A DNA stretch of 52,665 bases, filler included, from Catajapyx aquilonaris (GCA_000934665.2; 2 parts of 2 records of this genome joined end to end with filler, not necessarily neighbours in it), one strand, 5' to 3'. Shown: positions 33,339 to 48,065, counted from the whole stretch's first letter. Notes: generated by a model from the letters alone, not told the origin. Translations and numbers: made by a program.

Positions 33339-34186
33339 TTTGCTGTCGGCTTCAAAGAGCGTCGTTGCAGAAGGGTAAGCGTTGTCCTAGGGCGACGGCT
33401 GGAGGTTTTAGATCAAATATTGATAGTCCTGAGCCTTGGGTATTGAGTGGTTGTGTGTGCATGTAATGGATGAGCCTGTTTTGCGTGATGTGATCCTATA
33501 TTTATTCGTGATGTAGGTTGTCATTTCGGTGAAGACAAGGACCACTTCGTTCAAATTTGCATGAAGGGTATAACGATTAATTGGGAGCACCTACTTATAC
33601 ATCGCGTGCAAGTTGATAATTCGTGCCAACCAACAGGACAGACGTGTGATAGCACAATTCTTGCGCAATTTTTCCGATTAATGTTCTTATATAACGTTAC
33701 ATAAAATGGCGTTAAATTTCTTTTTACATTTTATTTGAAGCTGTACATTATAAACATTCTGAGATAGTATTGCTCAGAGTACAGATTTATATAAAGCGAA
33801 ATTTCGTGGCCATACCTGAGTGAATTACCTGAGCTAATCCAGTGTTTACCACTTTGACATTTAACAAACAACTAGGCCTACAACAATAACAACTTAGCTA
33901 GCATATCTAAGGAACTAGTTTCCATGAGAGTCATTAATGAATATTTGAAATCATTTGGTCTCTCGGTGAAGAACCAACATTTTCCCATGGCCATGGTCAT
34001 CGCTGGCAAGGGCAGGCGAGCTGTTCTGATACGTCGATGACAAAGGATCTGACCAATCGACTAGTGAGGCCGTGAGGGGTGACAATGAACTCCGGTCATC
34101 TCGCTCGGTTGGCCAGAACCAGAGAGCCTTAATTACTGTGTACAGTGCACTACAGTTACAAATACAGTATAATGCACCCAAAAAGG

Positions 34187-37100
34187 TCATGGCAAATAAC
34201 CTGTGAAGGTTGGAGGTGCGTAGATATCCGTTCTTACTAAATTACGAGGTATGTCCGGTTCCAAAACGTGAACTTTGTTCCTAAATCTTTGAAATGCAGG
34301 AGCCAGAATGAAGTGATACAATATTTCAATAAAGCTAATAATACTAAAGCCAATGAAAAGTCCAGTGATTCCTCCAAAGTCAGCTGAAATGTAATGGCAT
34401 GTTACCTTAACAAGCATATATTTTTAGCAACATTGGCGATGTTTTCATTACAGGCCTACCTATAACATTGTTCCAAGTGTACCGTAGATCTCTCTTGTAA
34501 CTGATGAACGAAAAGTCCTTGAAGAAGATGCGAAGTCTCACATAATCAAAACTGCAAGAGAAGGTACGGTAATTCATTTACACAGCAGTAGTCTATAGAT
34601 GTCGCGAATATTGTCACTTATTACGCCAGTATTACGCGATGTCTAGTCCAAGATTACAGCAGATGTTTGATTGTTATGGTAACTTCTCGGAAGCCTCCTT
34701 CGTGATTGGTTGAAACTACAAGTTACCGCCATAACTTCCATTGCTATATATCTTGCAGTAGACACCCCGTAGAATTGGTTCGGCCTATACGCGTAAAATT
34801 CAATGTCGCTTTTTGCGTGTGAACAGATTCAACATGACCGCAACTAAACAATAATGCGTTTGAGCTTGTAGAATGTTACCTTGACGAGTTGTATTTTAAA
34901 TTTATTCCTCTATGATGCTTGTGTTCCGGATCACCCTTGTATTCTCCTAATGATATTTCAGGAATATATGATATCGTTCTGCAGTAGAGAGGGCACCGGC
35001 ATTCCAATCCTTCTGCAGATATGTTGAAATCAGTCATCATATCTGTCCCTCTCACTGTTGTAAAGTGATCTGTAATGTGCACATTGTAAATTGGCGATTG
35101 ACTATGAAAGAAATTTTTTAAATATTCAAACACTACAATCCAGAAACAAAGCACGTTTGCCATATTACACAAACTAACTAGGACAATATTCATTACAGAC
35201 ACATTATACAGTTGCATGTAAACCGAACTCAGCAACAAGCATAAAATTGAGGATACCTTGTGTAACAGAAATTATTGTTGAAGAGTTCGACTATTTTGGC
35301 AAATCCTGATTAAATGCTGTACTCACATTCATGCTCCGCAAGACAAAAGAGCTGGTCAAAGTTGCATATATTGAAAGTATGTCCTGAAAATGGAAAAGAG
35401 TGGGCTATTTTATAAAGCAAGTCCTACTACCTCCATTAGACAGCCTATATTTTCCGCTTATTGTTTGAACACTTGACTTACTGGCAAAGTTAAGCTGGAA
35501 AGGAACGCATCCACAAGTCCTGTTCATTTCCGTGATGCGACATTCCAGAATGCAATTATCGTATGTGTACTTTTTATGAAACTGCAATTTCACGTCATCC
35601 TCCAAAGCGCATTGTCGGTTTTTTTGTGACATTTGTTCAACTTCTGTCACTGGGAATGTTTGCATGGCTGACATTCCGAAGAGTACGTACTTTCCTGGCG
35701 GCACAGGAATTCCTCGCTCTGCTACCAAAGGGAAGGTGTACGGATTATGAACCAGAACCTGTAAGAGCATGTAGCATAATATTATCCGTCTGCAGCGAAG
35801 TCAATGTACTAGTACAGTGAACTACCTTAAATCCGTAGTAGTTCTCACTGCTGAAAACGTAGTTGCTACTGTTTAATTTGAGCAGTACTGCCAGCCCAAA
35901 TGAGGATCCAGCTGAGCCTACATGCCAAACCTTTTTAGCAGACATCTTTAAGAATGGGGCCAAAATTGATGCATTTTGTCCTTCTCCGGGTCTACAAATG
36001 AGCCAAAATAATATTACCAAACTGGAAACCACAAAATTATAAAACATCTGAGGAATATCAGTCGGATATCTTGGTTACCAGTTTTGTCAAATTCGACTTC
36101 ATTGAAGAGCTTACAACACATGAAAGAAGACTCACATGTAAAATCCTCGCCGATTAAATGAAAAGCAATATCCCATGTCGGTAGGGGCCACTTGGAACAT
36201 TGTGCTGCAATCTTGTTCTAATCCCAACCAAGAGCACTTTATAAATGCTGTAGTGATACTCGGCATTATCTATGATTGAAAAATGGACCATACTTGAGAA
36301 ATAACCATTGTTCTTATTATACAGGGTGTGCATGAACTCCACCGCCAAACGTAGTGGAGTGGTAAGGGACTTTGTGAAATAATGAACTTTGCCAGAGTTC
36401 AATGGTTTGAATTTTTTTTTCCAGGCCTGAAAGGGAAGTATGATACAGTGACAAGCATATGAAGACCTCTGGTGCACACTTTCACCGACACGTGACGTCT
36501 GGCTTACCAGAATTGATTTGGCTGGGCCTCTCTGCCATATGGCTAGAGTTGCCGGTGGAGTTCATTAACACCCTGCATAGGGTGTCGCAAAAGTCATCTC
36601 GTATCCGTTTCGGTGGAAATCTCGCCTCCGTAAACAAGTTGTCTAAGAGTTATTCAGACTGTACACTATGCTATATTCAACCAGGATTCCAACATGACTC
36701 GGCAGGCTATGGCTCTGAGCTAGCTTTTGGGACACCAGATAGAGTTTACCTTTTCCATTCCTTCTATCACACTATGAGAATAATTCTCATGAAGTCCTCT
36801 GAGCTCCTCTTGAAAACTCTCGTTTAGAGTTTTTACCAAATTCATAATGTTCACTCTGTTCATTGTTATTGCGGCGTCAGAAAACATCTCCATTGTTTTA
36901 TTCTCGGACAAGTCCTTGTATATTCTGAAAACGGAATGCAGTACTTCTATTATTTCGATTCAACTGGTTTTTCGTCAATATTTAAAATCATTTTTCTTAC
37001 GACTTCTTGCTTTCTATGTACTCCATGAGCTTATCGAGCTCGATCCTATTTGTCGAGCATATTGTGACTGCAGGAAATGGTACTTTCCATAACTCGCGAT

Positions 37101-37486
37101 GAGTGTTGTACACATCGGTTAGTACTTGGTCGGGATAATTCGATTGCATATAACACACCAAGCTGATAAGGGCTATTAATATACCTAAGCAAGACAGGAC
37201 CCAAAAATTTCTGAAACATACGTAGTTATTATTTTCTTGATATGAGATTGGAAGTAGGAAAATAATATAATTATACACAGTATACTAACTTTTCTTGTGG
37301 CGTCCCTCGATGGAGGTACTTAACACCATGGAGTGTTGAAGTGTTTAGAAAGTTATCCAAATGACTAACAACTTTGCGTTCTGTACGTTTTGGGATTTGA
37401 CCAGTACTTCGATTGAGATTAACACCATTTTGATGCACCCAGCCCGATGCCATGTGCCAGATAGGTCTATTGGCTTCTGGCTTCAT
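34187..37486 (-). CDS. ppk: Pickpocket / DEG-ENaC channel subunit B, intact, about 564 aa, ten exons
   Basis: Exons 37486-37290, 37210-37001, 36924-36750, 36269-36136, 35991-35826, 35758-35482, 35383-35327, 35069-34880, 34551-34460 and 34383-34187, all phases compatible. Motifs STLHG, PFPAVTIC, GYCFSFN and ADFGGITGLFIGFS. An upstream ATG at 37522 is possible. Confidence 0.93.
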
Positions 37487-38188
37487 TTTGCGGGCTTTTT
37501 CTACATGCACAGCACGCAACATATTCGCAGTGGCGTGGCATGAAGCGTCCATATTCATACGAACGAAAGTGTTACAGAGGTAGGCTAATGTGATCATTTG
37601 CAACATTTCAGATCCCAGATGTATTGCGCATGACATGCTCTGCAAATTCTCACCTCTGATACAGATGCGAATGTCATATATTATTTATACACATGCCTGC
37701 TCATACATGCTCATCTGAAACTTTATTTACCATGCACGCAGCACAGAGCATGATGAAATGTTTGTCTCTTGGGTGACATACTACATTTGGACAGCAAATC
37801 GACCTTGTAATAAATAAATATTCTTTCATGCGAAGGTGCCTCTATTATTGATATTTATCGTAGCATAAATAATTGAAGACATGAAATGCAGAACCATCAG
37901 AATGGCGTTGAAAATGGTTTTGAGATATGGAGGTTAGAAGTTTCAAAATTTCATTGTGCAATGTGGGGTATTCCTTTTGTGCATTTTCTCTAGGAGGCTG
38001 TAATTTCTCTGGTGGCAGAAAACTTACTTCACTAGCAGAAGTATGTGTCAAGGACTAAGTGATTCGATTACGCAATGCCTATCTCGGTTTCGATCTTTGA
38101 CAACTACAGTAGTTATACTGCAAAATAATGAAGGCTTCAATCATTGTTGATATGCAATATAGAATGCACAATATAATTATTATGAAGA

Positions 38189-38192
<4 letters not shown>

Positions 38193-38254
<62 letters not shown>
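38193..38254. repeat. (TC)n microsatellite
   Basis: Direct inspection. A shorter (GA)n lies near 14504-14529. Confidence 0.95.
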
Positions 38255-38257
<3 letters not shown>

Positions 38258-38916
38258 GGGATTGGAATGTGGAATGAGATAGACGCTTTTATATAAGGAC
38301 GGTGGGCCACTCCAGGGTATTGTGCCATATGACTATACGTATTCCCAGTCAGTTGAATCCGTTAAACGGGTTAAGGCCTGCGCAGGGGTCTCGTGGGGAG
38401 TATATCTGGCTCCTACCTCTACCTACCTGTAACATGCGAGATAAAAGAACAGTGGTATAGATGAGAACTTGTACGGATTTTTCAAATATTTCACCTGGAC
38501 TTATTAGTGACCCTGTTTGCGTACAATAGACTACGGTATCTCACTTCTACGAGTATTAGAGTGGATCTCGCTTCTAGTTCGGATGTAGGCTATACGTACG
38601 TTATGTTTTCTAAAATATATTTCAAAATAGATGATTCCATTTATACCCATACCTCTTTCCACTAAGAGTATGTAGCAAATGTACAGTCGTGTACCGTACA
38701 CTACAGGCTGTGAAAGTAAAGTAATAAGTCACAGCACTTGGGTGAACAATCATATTCTTATTATTACTATGAACTGTATTCCCTAAATCACAATGTTAAC
38801 GTTACCATCTCAACAACTGTATACTTAGGTTAATTCGACATAGGCCTACTTAGTCTTTTGCATGCATAATGTGTAGATAAATAGTCCTTGTCAACTGGAA
38901 ATTTTTGTCCCCCAGC

Positions 38917-41900
38917 TTATACGACACCACGAGGTTCTTCTGGTGGTAACACGTGGACTCTGCTGGTGCTTCCATTTTGCAGGACCGGGACCAGGATGAA
39001 GTAATACAATATTTCTATTAGGCCAATGATACTGAATCCTATGAATAGACCGGTGATTCCTCCAAAATCAGCTGAAAGAAACATTACAGTAGTTAGTAAT
39101 CATGCTCGTCATAATAGTAAAATAATTTTTGGGAACATCCATAAGTGACTTTGAACCGACAATTCAGCATTCCTCTGTCTCTAAAACCGTCTACGTCTGC
39201 TGCGAATGAGACACAAAAATCACTATCCGATTTATGTGCGGTGTTTATCACTTTAAAACTTTAGTGAATTAACGTGTTGATGGATGGTTAAATCTGTTTA
39301 CAGTAGATGACAGACGATTTGAAGAGAAACATTTCAGTTAGACAACTATCTCCAAGAATTCTGCCCTCATTCTTCGTATACCATGTGAGTTCCGCTAATT
39401 GCAGCGTATGATTGTTTCCTGTGTGGCATATCAGCAATGTTCCCTAAGTAGTGGCACTCACAGTATGTACAAAAAAATGTCACTGTTACCGCAATAACTC
39501 AGTGACTGATTGTGCATGACTAATACTGTAAGTAAATATTGCAAATTTTCTCTGTTAAATAAGTTGGAGCCTGTGATATGTAACAGAAGCGCTTATAAAT
39601 TGCAAATATACGAAGGAGTGCAGCATCTACTGGTAAGTACCGGTAGGGTATACCAGAAAGTTAGCTTGTAATAATATGCCAGCACAAAATAATATGTAGC
39701 CACAAACTTAATTATGTCGTATACTTATAACTTACCATATGTTACAGTGGAAATGTAACAGTTAATACGATGAGATTCAAAACTGTGGGGAAATGTACAG
39801 TATAGTAAGCTTACAGTAAAAGATACTTATGTGTGTGAGCTTGCCTATATTGTCTTATCTGCTTTAACCTGTGTATTACAACGCAAGGAATGAATGCCCT
39901 CCGAGTACTTTCACAGGCAACAAAAAGAAGGCATTCAAACGATCAATATTGATATTACCCACTAACCTACTTAAGCTTCTTTACATAATTCAACAACTAA
40001 AAATGCTGCACAAGATCTCTCCCTAACATATAAACCAAACAGATATCGTATTATCAGTCTTTCAAAAAATATTAAAATGATAAAGCATTGACCTTAATAT
40101 CGACATTTTTGTCTCTCGGTTGTCACCTTACACCTTCGATCCGAATGTAAGGCCCTGTTTAATGATGGAAATTAAGGAAAAATATGTTATGTGCAGATGT
40201 GCAGATGTGCAATACTTAATTTAACATAATTGGAAATTTCTTTCCTCATTTGAGCTGATATAACCGGTCCTAAATCTGGGAACATGTCTGGAGCAAAATT
40301 ATAACGTCTCATGATGTTCTTCTGGCTGCTCTCAAAAAGAATAGGTTCAGTAATAAATTATTATTTTCCAGACAAATTAGTATATAATACAATTTAATAT
40401 AAATATAAATCGCAACAACGGCAAAGTTACCAGAGGAAAGATCCTCAGTGTCCTCTTTCTATAGCCTCCTATGTACGAGCCCTTATTATACAGCATAATT
40501 ATAAGGTCATCAGAAATGTTAGCGTACCTATAACGTTGTTCCAGGTGTACCTTAGATCTCTTTTATAACTGATGAAAGTGAAGTCTTTGAAGAAAATGCG
40601 AAGTCTGACGTAATCTAAGCTGTAGATAAATACATCAGGTTAGTGGCGTACGTGTTTATTTGTTATTATTTTTTGTATAAAAAGTAGCCTAATGCATAAA
40701 TATTACTCCCTTCCAAAAGTTACTATAAGTATACCGTTTGAGAGTAGAATTGATTAAGTGAATGTCTCGTACAAATCAACGTAGCCACATGGTGAAGCAC
40801 ATCTTCACTGCACACAAAAAAAAACCGTCCATCGAAACATGTGTAAAGCCGTGGGACCAGATTTTGTAAGCAAGTCAAGTGACTAGCTGACAACCACACA
40901 GACCTACCATGCTTAACACTTAACTGGTGACCTGAGGTCTTTCAACACCCCAGGTTCAATTTTTTTGTTATAAAATGTTTAATTGTAGTTAGGTATATGA
41001 TTTTTTAAATTCCGTTCTACGGCAGCTAGAGAGTTGAAAATTAAACCAAATTGTAGAAAACAGTTGCAGGTGTTGTGTAAAAAAATTAAAAAGCAAATAT
41101 TTATCATTAAAGGCAATTTATATTTAAAAAATTCCCTGGGGTCTTTAAACACCCCAGGTCACCGTGAGTGTTAGGATTTTCCAGGTCACTAGTTAAGGAT
41201 TAAATCAATATAAATTATAATGATTGCGTCAAGTGGTGTAGCCATCATGTGGGCATGTTGATTATTATTGTAGAATATTATTTGAAAATCTGTCCCTGCC
41301 AAATGTACGATACTTTTGGACAGCTCTAATAGACAGGCTGCATACAGGATACACACATCAAAAATTGACCGTACTCGCATTGTATATGCTAACCTTGGCG
41401 ATTTTCTTTGATCCTGGTATCGATATAGTTTTCCTTCAGTTTCGCCGACAAGTTTGACAGACGATATTTCAGAGCTGTATCTGATAGTCCTGCAGTAGAG
41501 AGGGCAGTTGCAATCTATTCCGCCAGTTGATACATTGAAATCTGAGTCCGTAAACTTCGGGGCCAATGAAATAAAGTGAACTATAAAGGAATAAACTTTC
41601 ATAAATGGACTAACTCAGGACGCAATGAAGACGTAATGAGCAAGTATGTCTGCTGTTAAGAGTGCATAAGAAAATATAATTATTTTGTCTTAATTACTTG
41701 TACATGGATACTTAGTCAACCTTATAGTAAGCGCTTAAAACTGGCTTAGACACTGATTTTCTGATTTTTACCATTTTGTGAAAAATTGTAACTGCTGTCC
41801 CATTAAAATATTGTGTCCGTTTTTTTTACTTTGTTGAGAGCTGTGACTGCAAGCATTGTACTGTACAAATGAAGAATGGAAATGATAAAGGGCCTAAGTG

Positions 41901-44900
41901 CAATATTTTTGAAGCTGAGAAAAATCGATTTTTGTGTGTCCTATCCGTAATTCTACTTTCTTGGTGATGATGACTTGGCAGATGCAGCATACAATCAAGG
42001 CACTTGGCCAGATGCAATAGTAGTGAATATATACCACTGCTTTATAATAAAAATTTAAGGCCAAATGTGAGGAAACAAGAAAGTCATATGTGCCATGGGA
42101 CCATTTCCTCATTACGGGCCTAAGTGCCAGAATCTCACACTAACATTATTACCACGTGAATGTTGGCATTTGTGTGGCAGTTATGGATGCCCATAATCAT
42201 TACAGGGTAAAAAATTGATGTGCTCATGATTGTAAGGGTTAACTAGGAGAAAAGGCTCAAAGAATAAAGAGACCCCAAAATACAAGATTTTAAACAACTA
42301 CTGTATTGCTTATTCGCTTGGCACCTCGGACATGAAAAGAAACAAAACCCAACAAAAATGAAATACACTGTAGTCCCGATTATCGGGGCTAATGAATGCA
42401 CAGGTGTCGCCGGATAATCGGAAACCACGGATATCAGGAAATGGTCGTAGATACCGTAAGATGAGCTATTCACAGGTTTTAATGTACTATTGTATGATAG
42501 TGTATGCTGATTTAACTAAGGTTTAATCAAAATATTAAAACTTCCCATATGCGAGTATTTTAATTTTTTTCTAGAAAATGTATGTTATATTTCTTTGTTA
42601 GCGAGACATATTGACATTTTTCGAACTTTAATTTTTAATTGAATATTTACTTCGATCACATTTCTATCAACAACAGAAATTATTATAATAGCAAAAATAA
42701 CATTACATATGTATGTACAGTACATACGTACTGTCCATGCATGCAAGAAAAAAAGCTGCAAATTTTTACTCGCGTACAAAGTGTACCCAATTCAACGTTT
42801 TTCTTTGTCAAAAATTCCGCAACTGTTTTGCACTTTACCACATAGAATAAGAGGTTTTGAGATATGAAAGTTGTTTTGTATTGCTATCTATACACATTTT
42901 ATATCAGAAGTTATAGTGTATCAGAAGTTCTAAGACCCATTGTATTGCTTGCAATACAGTCCTCTAACTCAACAATAGTGCAGAATTCTGAAGAATGTGT
43001 AGGATGGTCTTTTGTTCAGAGTGTGAAATTATACATAGACACAAAATCTGAAGCATGTATGCTGAATATAACTATTTCGGGTCTGAGGAGGCTATCTTTG
43101 GGGAATTCCTGCTATCAAATGAGCCATCTGGGGCATTTGGAGGTTTCGTATTAGTATTAGCCTTGGGCCCTTGGCCCATAGAGCTCTTTTAGTGCATAAT
43201 CTTTAAAAAATTAACAAAAATTGTTGCACTTAGGCCCGTTATCATTTCCACTCTTCAAATATCATTACTGTTAAAGTCTTTCTGGGAAACGGAATCGAGT
43301 GCAGAAGGAGAGATTGAATGACAGGAATATAAAAATTATGACGAAATATTAAACTTACATTCATGTTGCGCAAGACAAAAAAGTTGATACATGTTGCACT
43401 TTTTGAAAATCTTTCCTGAGAAGGAAGACATAAATGACATTATGAAGTTCATGTTTTAAATGTCGGATATAATAATAAGCTTCGCTGCAAGTTCATGCAA
43501 GAGTTACAATCTACAGTATACATCTGTGAGAGATGCAGATCTATGGAATGCTATAAAGTAGTCTATAATTTTAGGCCCGTCTGCGTCTGTGTGTGCTGTG
43601 AACTACTAGGACAAGTTTGGCAATAATACTAACTTGTGCATTCAACTTACTTGCAAAATTCAGTTGATACGGTACGCATCCACAAGTCTTGTTCATTTCC
43701 TGGATGCGACATTCTACAATACAGTTTTCAAATGTGTACTTTTTGTGATATCTCAATTTTACGTCATCTTCTAAAGCGCACTGCCGTTGGTACACAGGCA
43801 TTTTCTCAACTTCTTTCACAGGGAAGGTTTGCTCTGCTGCCATACTGAATATCACATATTGCCCTGGATGCACAGGAATACCACGCTCTGACACCAATGG
43901 AAACGTGTGAGGATCATGTGTCAATACCTGAATGCAAGGAACCATTATTGCAAAAGACTAGTTCACAATATGCTTAATAAATGCATGCGGTATACCTTGA
44001 ATCCGTAGTAGTTTTCATTACTCAAGAAATAATTGCTACTGTTTAACCTGAGCACTACTGCTACTCCAAATGATGATCCTGCAGAACCCACGTGCCAAAC
44101 CCTTTTGGCTGATTCGTTCAAGAACTGGTGTAAAATGGACGTGTTTCGTTCTGGGTCAGGGCTGAAAAAGGACCTAACTATACTCCGGTAGTTTTTGCGT
44201 GTGAACTATCCAATTTTAATAATGTTGAAAATATGGCAATTATGTATATCACCTGACATCCATCAAACGTGATAAGTAATGAAAGCAACTTCTTACTCCA
44301 ATTATTGTGATAATGAAGTGAGTGGTTTAAAATACAGGGATACAATTCAAGTGATCGCTTTATTCTTGATCTCTAATGGTCGTACTTAATATAAAACAAC
44401 AATCATTCTTATCATTAGAGACTCATGGCCATGGCAGTTTAACTCACAAGTAGAATCCTCGTCTATTAAACGAGAAGCAGTATCCCATATCGGTCGGAGC
44501 CATGCTAAACATTTTGTTGCAATCTCGGTCGATACCCATCCAAGTGCATTCCACAAATGATGTGCTTACTTGTGGCATTACCTGCATTAGGTGATATTGA
44601 AAAGAAAGATTAATTTTCTAAAATTATAAGGTACTATAGAATTTATAGCCTATATTACATCACCTTTTCCATTCCGTCCATAACAGAGTCAGAATATGTG
44701 TTGAAACTATGTTCTAGTTGGTCTTTTATGCTCGAGTTCCAAGTTTGTACGACTTTCATTACACCAGTTCTTGTCAGTGCTATTGCAATTTCCTTAAACA
44801 GGTTCGTCGCGTTTTCGTTTTTTGGGATATTTCCATAGATTCTGAAACGCAGAATGAGTTTAACTTATAATCACTTCTTTTATGGGGCCAGAGTGATGCA

Positions 44901-45474
44901 CAATTGCTGAATGCTCCAGTTATGTGCAGCTACATTTCAGGATTCTGAAAAATCTATTCAAATATATTTTTCACACATGGCAGATTAAGTCTACCAACTG
45001 CTGAAGAAATATCGGTAAGTTCTTACGACTTTGTGGCTGCTATGTAGGCTTCCAATTTATCCAACTCAATCCTATTTGCAGGGCAAATTGTAACTGCCGG
45101 AAATGGCACGTTCCATATTTCATTATGAGTGTTATACACATCAGTGAGTATTTTATCTGGATAATTCAGTTGCATGTAGCACACCATACTGATAAGGCAC
45201 AATAATGTAATGATGCATGAGAGAGTCCAAAATTTTCTGAAATATGGATTGAAAAACTTCATCTAATATAATTATAGCAGAGATGGAAAAGGACTGTAAG
45301 TTATACGTACTTCTCCGTAGATGTTCCTTGACGCAGGTATTTTGCCCCGTGAAGAGATGATTTTTTCAAGAAATTATCACAGTAGCCCGTAAATCCGGTA
45401 TTAACGTTGACTTGTCTATTTTCTATGACATTATCTGTCACGTTTTGATTAGGCATAGCGTCTTGATTAACCAT
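38917..45474 (-). CDS. ppk: Pickpocket / DEG-ENaC channel subunit C, intact, about 539 aa, ten exons
   Basis: Exons 45474-45311, 45236-45027, 44841-44664, 44581-44448, 44161-43996, 43927-43651, 43415-43359, 41580-41394, 40619-40528 and 39071-38917. Same intron positions as subunit B. Motifs SSLHG, PFPAVTIC and ADFGGITGLFIGFS. Confidence 0.93.
40917..41199. mobile_element. piggyBac-type MITE
   Basis: TTAA|cacttaactggtgacctg ... caggtcactagttaagga|TTAA. An extra inner right-end copy lies near 41170. Confidence 0.65.
41871..43256. mobile_element. Sola1-like non-autonomous DNA transposon
   Basis: aaat|gaagaatggaaatgataaagggcctaagtgcaa ... ttgcacttaggcccgttatcatttccactcttc|aaat. AWWT-type 4-bp TSD. 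Confidence 0.8.
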
Positions 45475-45885
45475 CTTAATGAGTTAAGATGTTTTGAATG
45501 TCCAAGCCTCTTCTCAAGGGCGACTCATATGTCTCTGGCTTAATGCTCTGAGTTACGCGCGACATGCCTCGCATATTGATTTGCATCAATGATGACTTGA
45601 CATGGCCTACCCCACGAAACGAGTCACGTCAGAATCAAGAATTCAATAAATTAATAATGCGTATAATGGCTCTCAATTATTTTGTGAATGCATTGGCTCC
45701 GTATGGGCCTATATGGAGCATTCTACACGTACAGTATTATTATTTATTCATTCATTCATTTATTTACCTCATGTTACCCTTTCGGGTTTATGGGGGGGAC
45801 GCTCTGGGTATGTAGGCCTACTGTATTACAACATTCAGTCCATCAGTGCATTGCTTATGATTACTTGATAGTAAAACTTTGTGAC

Positions 45886-46065
45886 GACTGTACTTCGGTA
45901 CCGACACCTGGCTAGCTCATGGGTCCAAATACTGGGTTCAGTAAATGATACTCGGACTTGTGATAACAACACCACGTCTATTGCTCTGAGGTTACAGCCA
46001 AGCAGGAGAGGAGCATAAGAGTAAGACTGTAAGAGGGAGGATCTCAGCAGCATCGCTACTTATAT
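45886..46065. repeat. Direct repeat copy 1 (copy 2 at 47914-48329, split by a SINE)
   Basis: cttcggtaccgacacctggctagctcatggg...gagcataagagtaaga...ctcagcagcatcgct occurs twice with very few differences. Confidence 0.9.
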
Positions 46066-46375
46066 ACAGTATTTCAGCCACCAGATGGCGCACAAGGACG
46101 GGGACAATTTCCAAAAGAGGATAAATGCTGTTCTCACATTTCCCCCTATCACAATAGCCTTTCGAGACACCTCGGAAGGGCACAGTCAGAAAATTTCAAA
46201 CACCATGCCAAAGCTGCAAGGAGGGGGAAAAAAACAATCTGCAAACTGCCCCCAAAAGTCAAGTTCATCTGTAAAATCACCCTACAGAGTTCATTCCGGA
46301 CACACAAACATGTACATTGTACACGTATGTTTGCACGCCATAAGCTGTGGGGACATGGCTAACACAACTTTTGAA

Positions 46376-46465
46376 ACCTAGTATATCCTAACATGACCTA
46401 ACCTGACCTAACCTAACATAACCTAACCTAACATACCTAACCTACCCTACCCTAACTAACCTAGG
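46376..46465 (-). repeat. Degenerate (CCTAA)n = (TTAGG)n array
   Basis: acctaacctgacctaacctaacataacctaacctaacatacctaacc... Confidence 0.8.
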
Positions 46466-48065
46466 CTGAGATAAATGATTTTTAAACAGACCCAATTGTG
46501 GGGACATGTCCCCACTATGTATGTACTAAACCGGTCAACTCAATTGTGGGGACGAGAAATGTCCCCACTATTTGAGAATGTCCCCACAGTTACAGTTAAA
46601 AGTCCCATTTCCGTCCCCAGAGCTAATTGAAGACCCGTACACAAGTCCACACACACACAGCCACCGCTGGAACCTAGTTGCGGTGTCCAAAAAGCAGCAC
46701 ACACAGGTCAGCCATGGTCCAGATGTCCAGGCAGCACCACCAAGCACCCACTTCGTAGAAAAGTCCAATCTTCGGAAGCCTCTTCTTCAAAAGCATCCAC
46801 GGTGTCCTTCCGGAACATCGGAAGCAGCAACAGAGTCCAAAGCACCAAGGTCCAGACAAGTGCACACCCACCAGGGCATGTGCACCGGCCAGGAATGTCC
46901 TCCCAACCAAGACAACACGACGAGTGACTCAAACATGTCACCGGAGATCAGCTAGGTCTTGACCCACCCACGTAATCAAGATCAGCACAGCATGCAGCCT
47001 CGCAGCTCCAGGAATTCTTCTCCAGGAGAAGACATCGTCCACGTCTTCTTCCTTCCATCCAGCTGAGCGCAGCCAGACACAGCCAAACAGCACCATCACA
47101 GCATCGGATGGATAACAGCAGGCATCACTGGCGATGACGCAACACTCCAGTTGTCCATCGCAGCCCCCACAGCAGCTGACGACAATCAGACCAGTAATCC
47201 ACCAACCAGGTATTCGTACTTGCTGTCGACTGCCAACAACGGTTCATAGGCCGTATGTGACCTTGAGCCATCAAATAAAAAGTTTCGATGCATGCAGCAT
47301 GCATTGACAACCTATCTTTCCCTCTCTGTACCGGATCTACCGGTACCTCAGAGGTACAGTACGTACAGCTGGTGTGCGCACCAACTCGTCACGCAATTAC
47401 GCCACCTTTACCGCCATTGCATCAGCGATAAGGCAACACCGACGAGGCATCGAGAGTCGTCGTTCCAACAGACACCATCGACCCACGATGTACAGCAGGC
47501 ACCTCGACACGCTGGCATCGAGGTCCGCTCCAACAAATCGGCAGACAACATACTGACCACCGTTATGTCAATCCGACACGCCCGGAAACACACGTTCCAG
47601 GACCGTGTCTCACCTGCTGGACAAGTTTCAAGTACACCCGACACTTGTCCTGCATTGCTGCGGATCACATGCTTGGTCTGTTGAGCGTCAACAACCAACA
47701 TCACGCAACTACTCATCCGGATCGGTACTTTACCGCCTCCAGATTTGCAACAGGGTCATTGAGAACGACTTCGTCCTCCTCAACCCAACGTACGGCGGCA
47801 AGTCAACGTTGACCGCCCAGCCCGTACCTACCCCTTCACCCCTGCTCGACCTGCGAGCAGTGCATGGGCCGCAACCTCGTATCATACCAGTCAACAACGG
47901 AGTCCGTACAGATTGACTGTACAAGCTTCGGTACCGACACCTGGCTAGCTCATGGGTCCAAATACTGGGTTCAGTAAATGATACTCGGACTTGTGATAAC
48001 AACAGCACGTCTATTGCTCTGAGGTTACAGCCAAGCAGGAGAGGAGCATAAGAGTAAGAGGGAAG

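Noticed and set aside
46572..47716. Several overlapping 60-130 aa ORFs
   Set aside because: No motif recognised; probably decayed repeat sequence.
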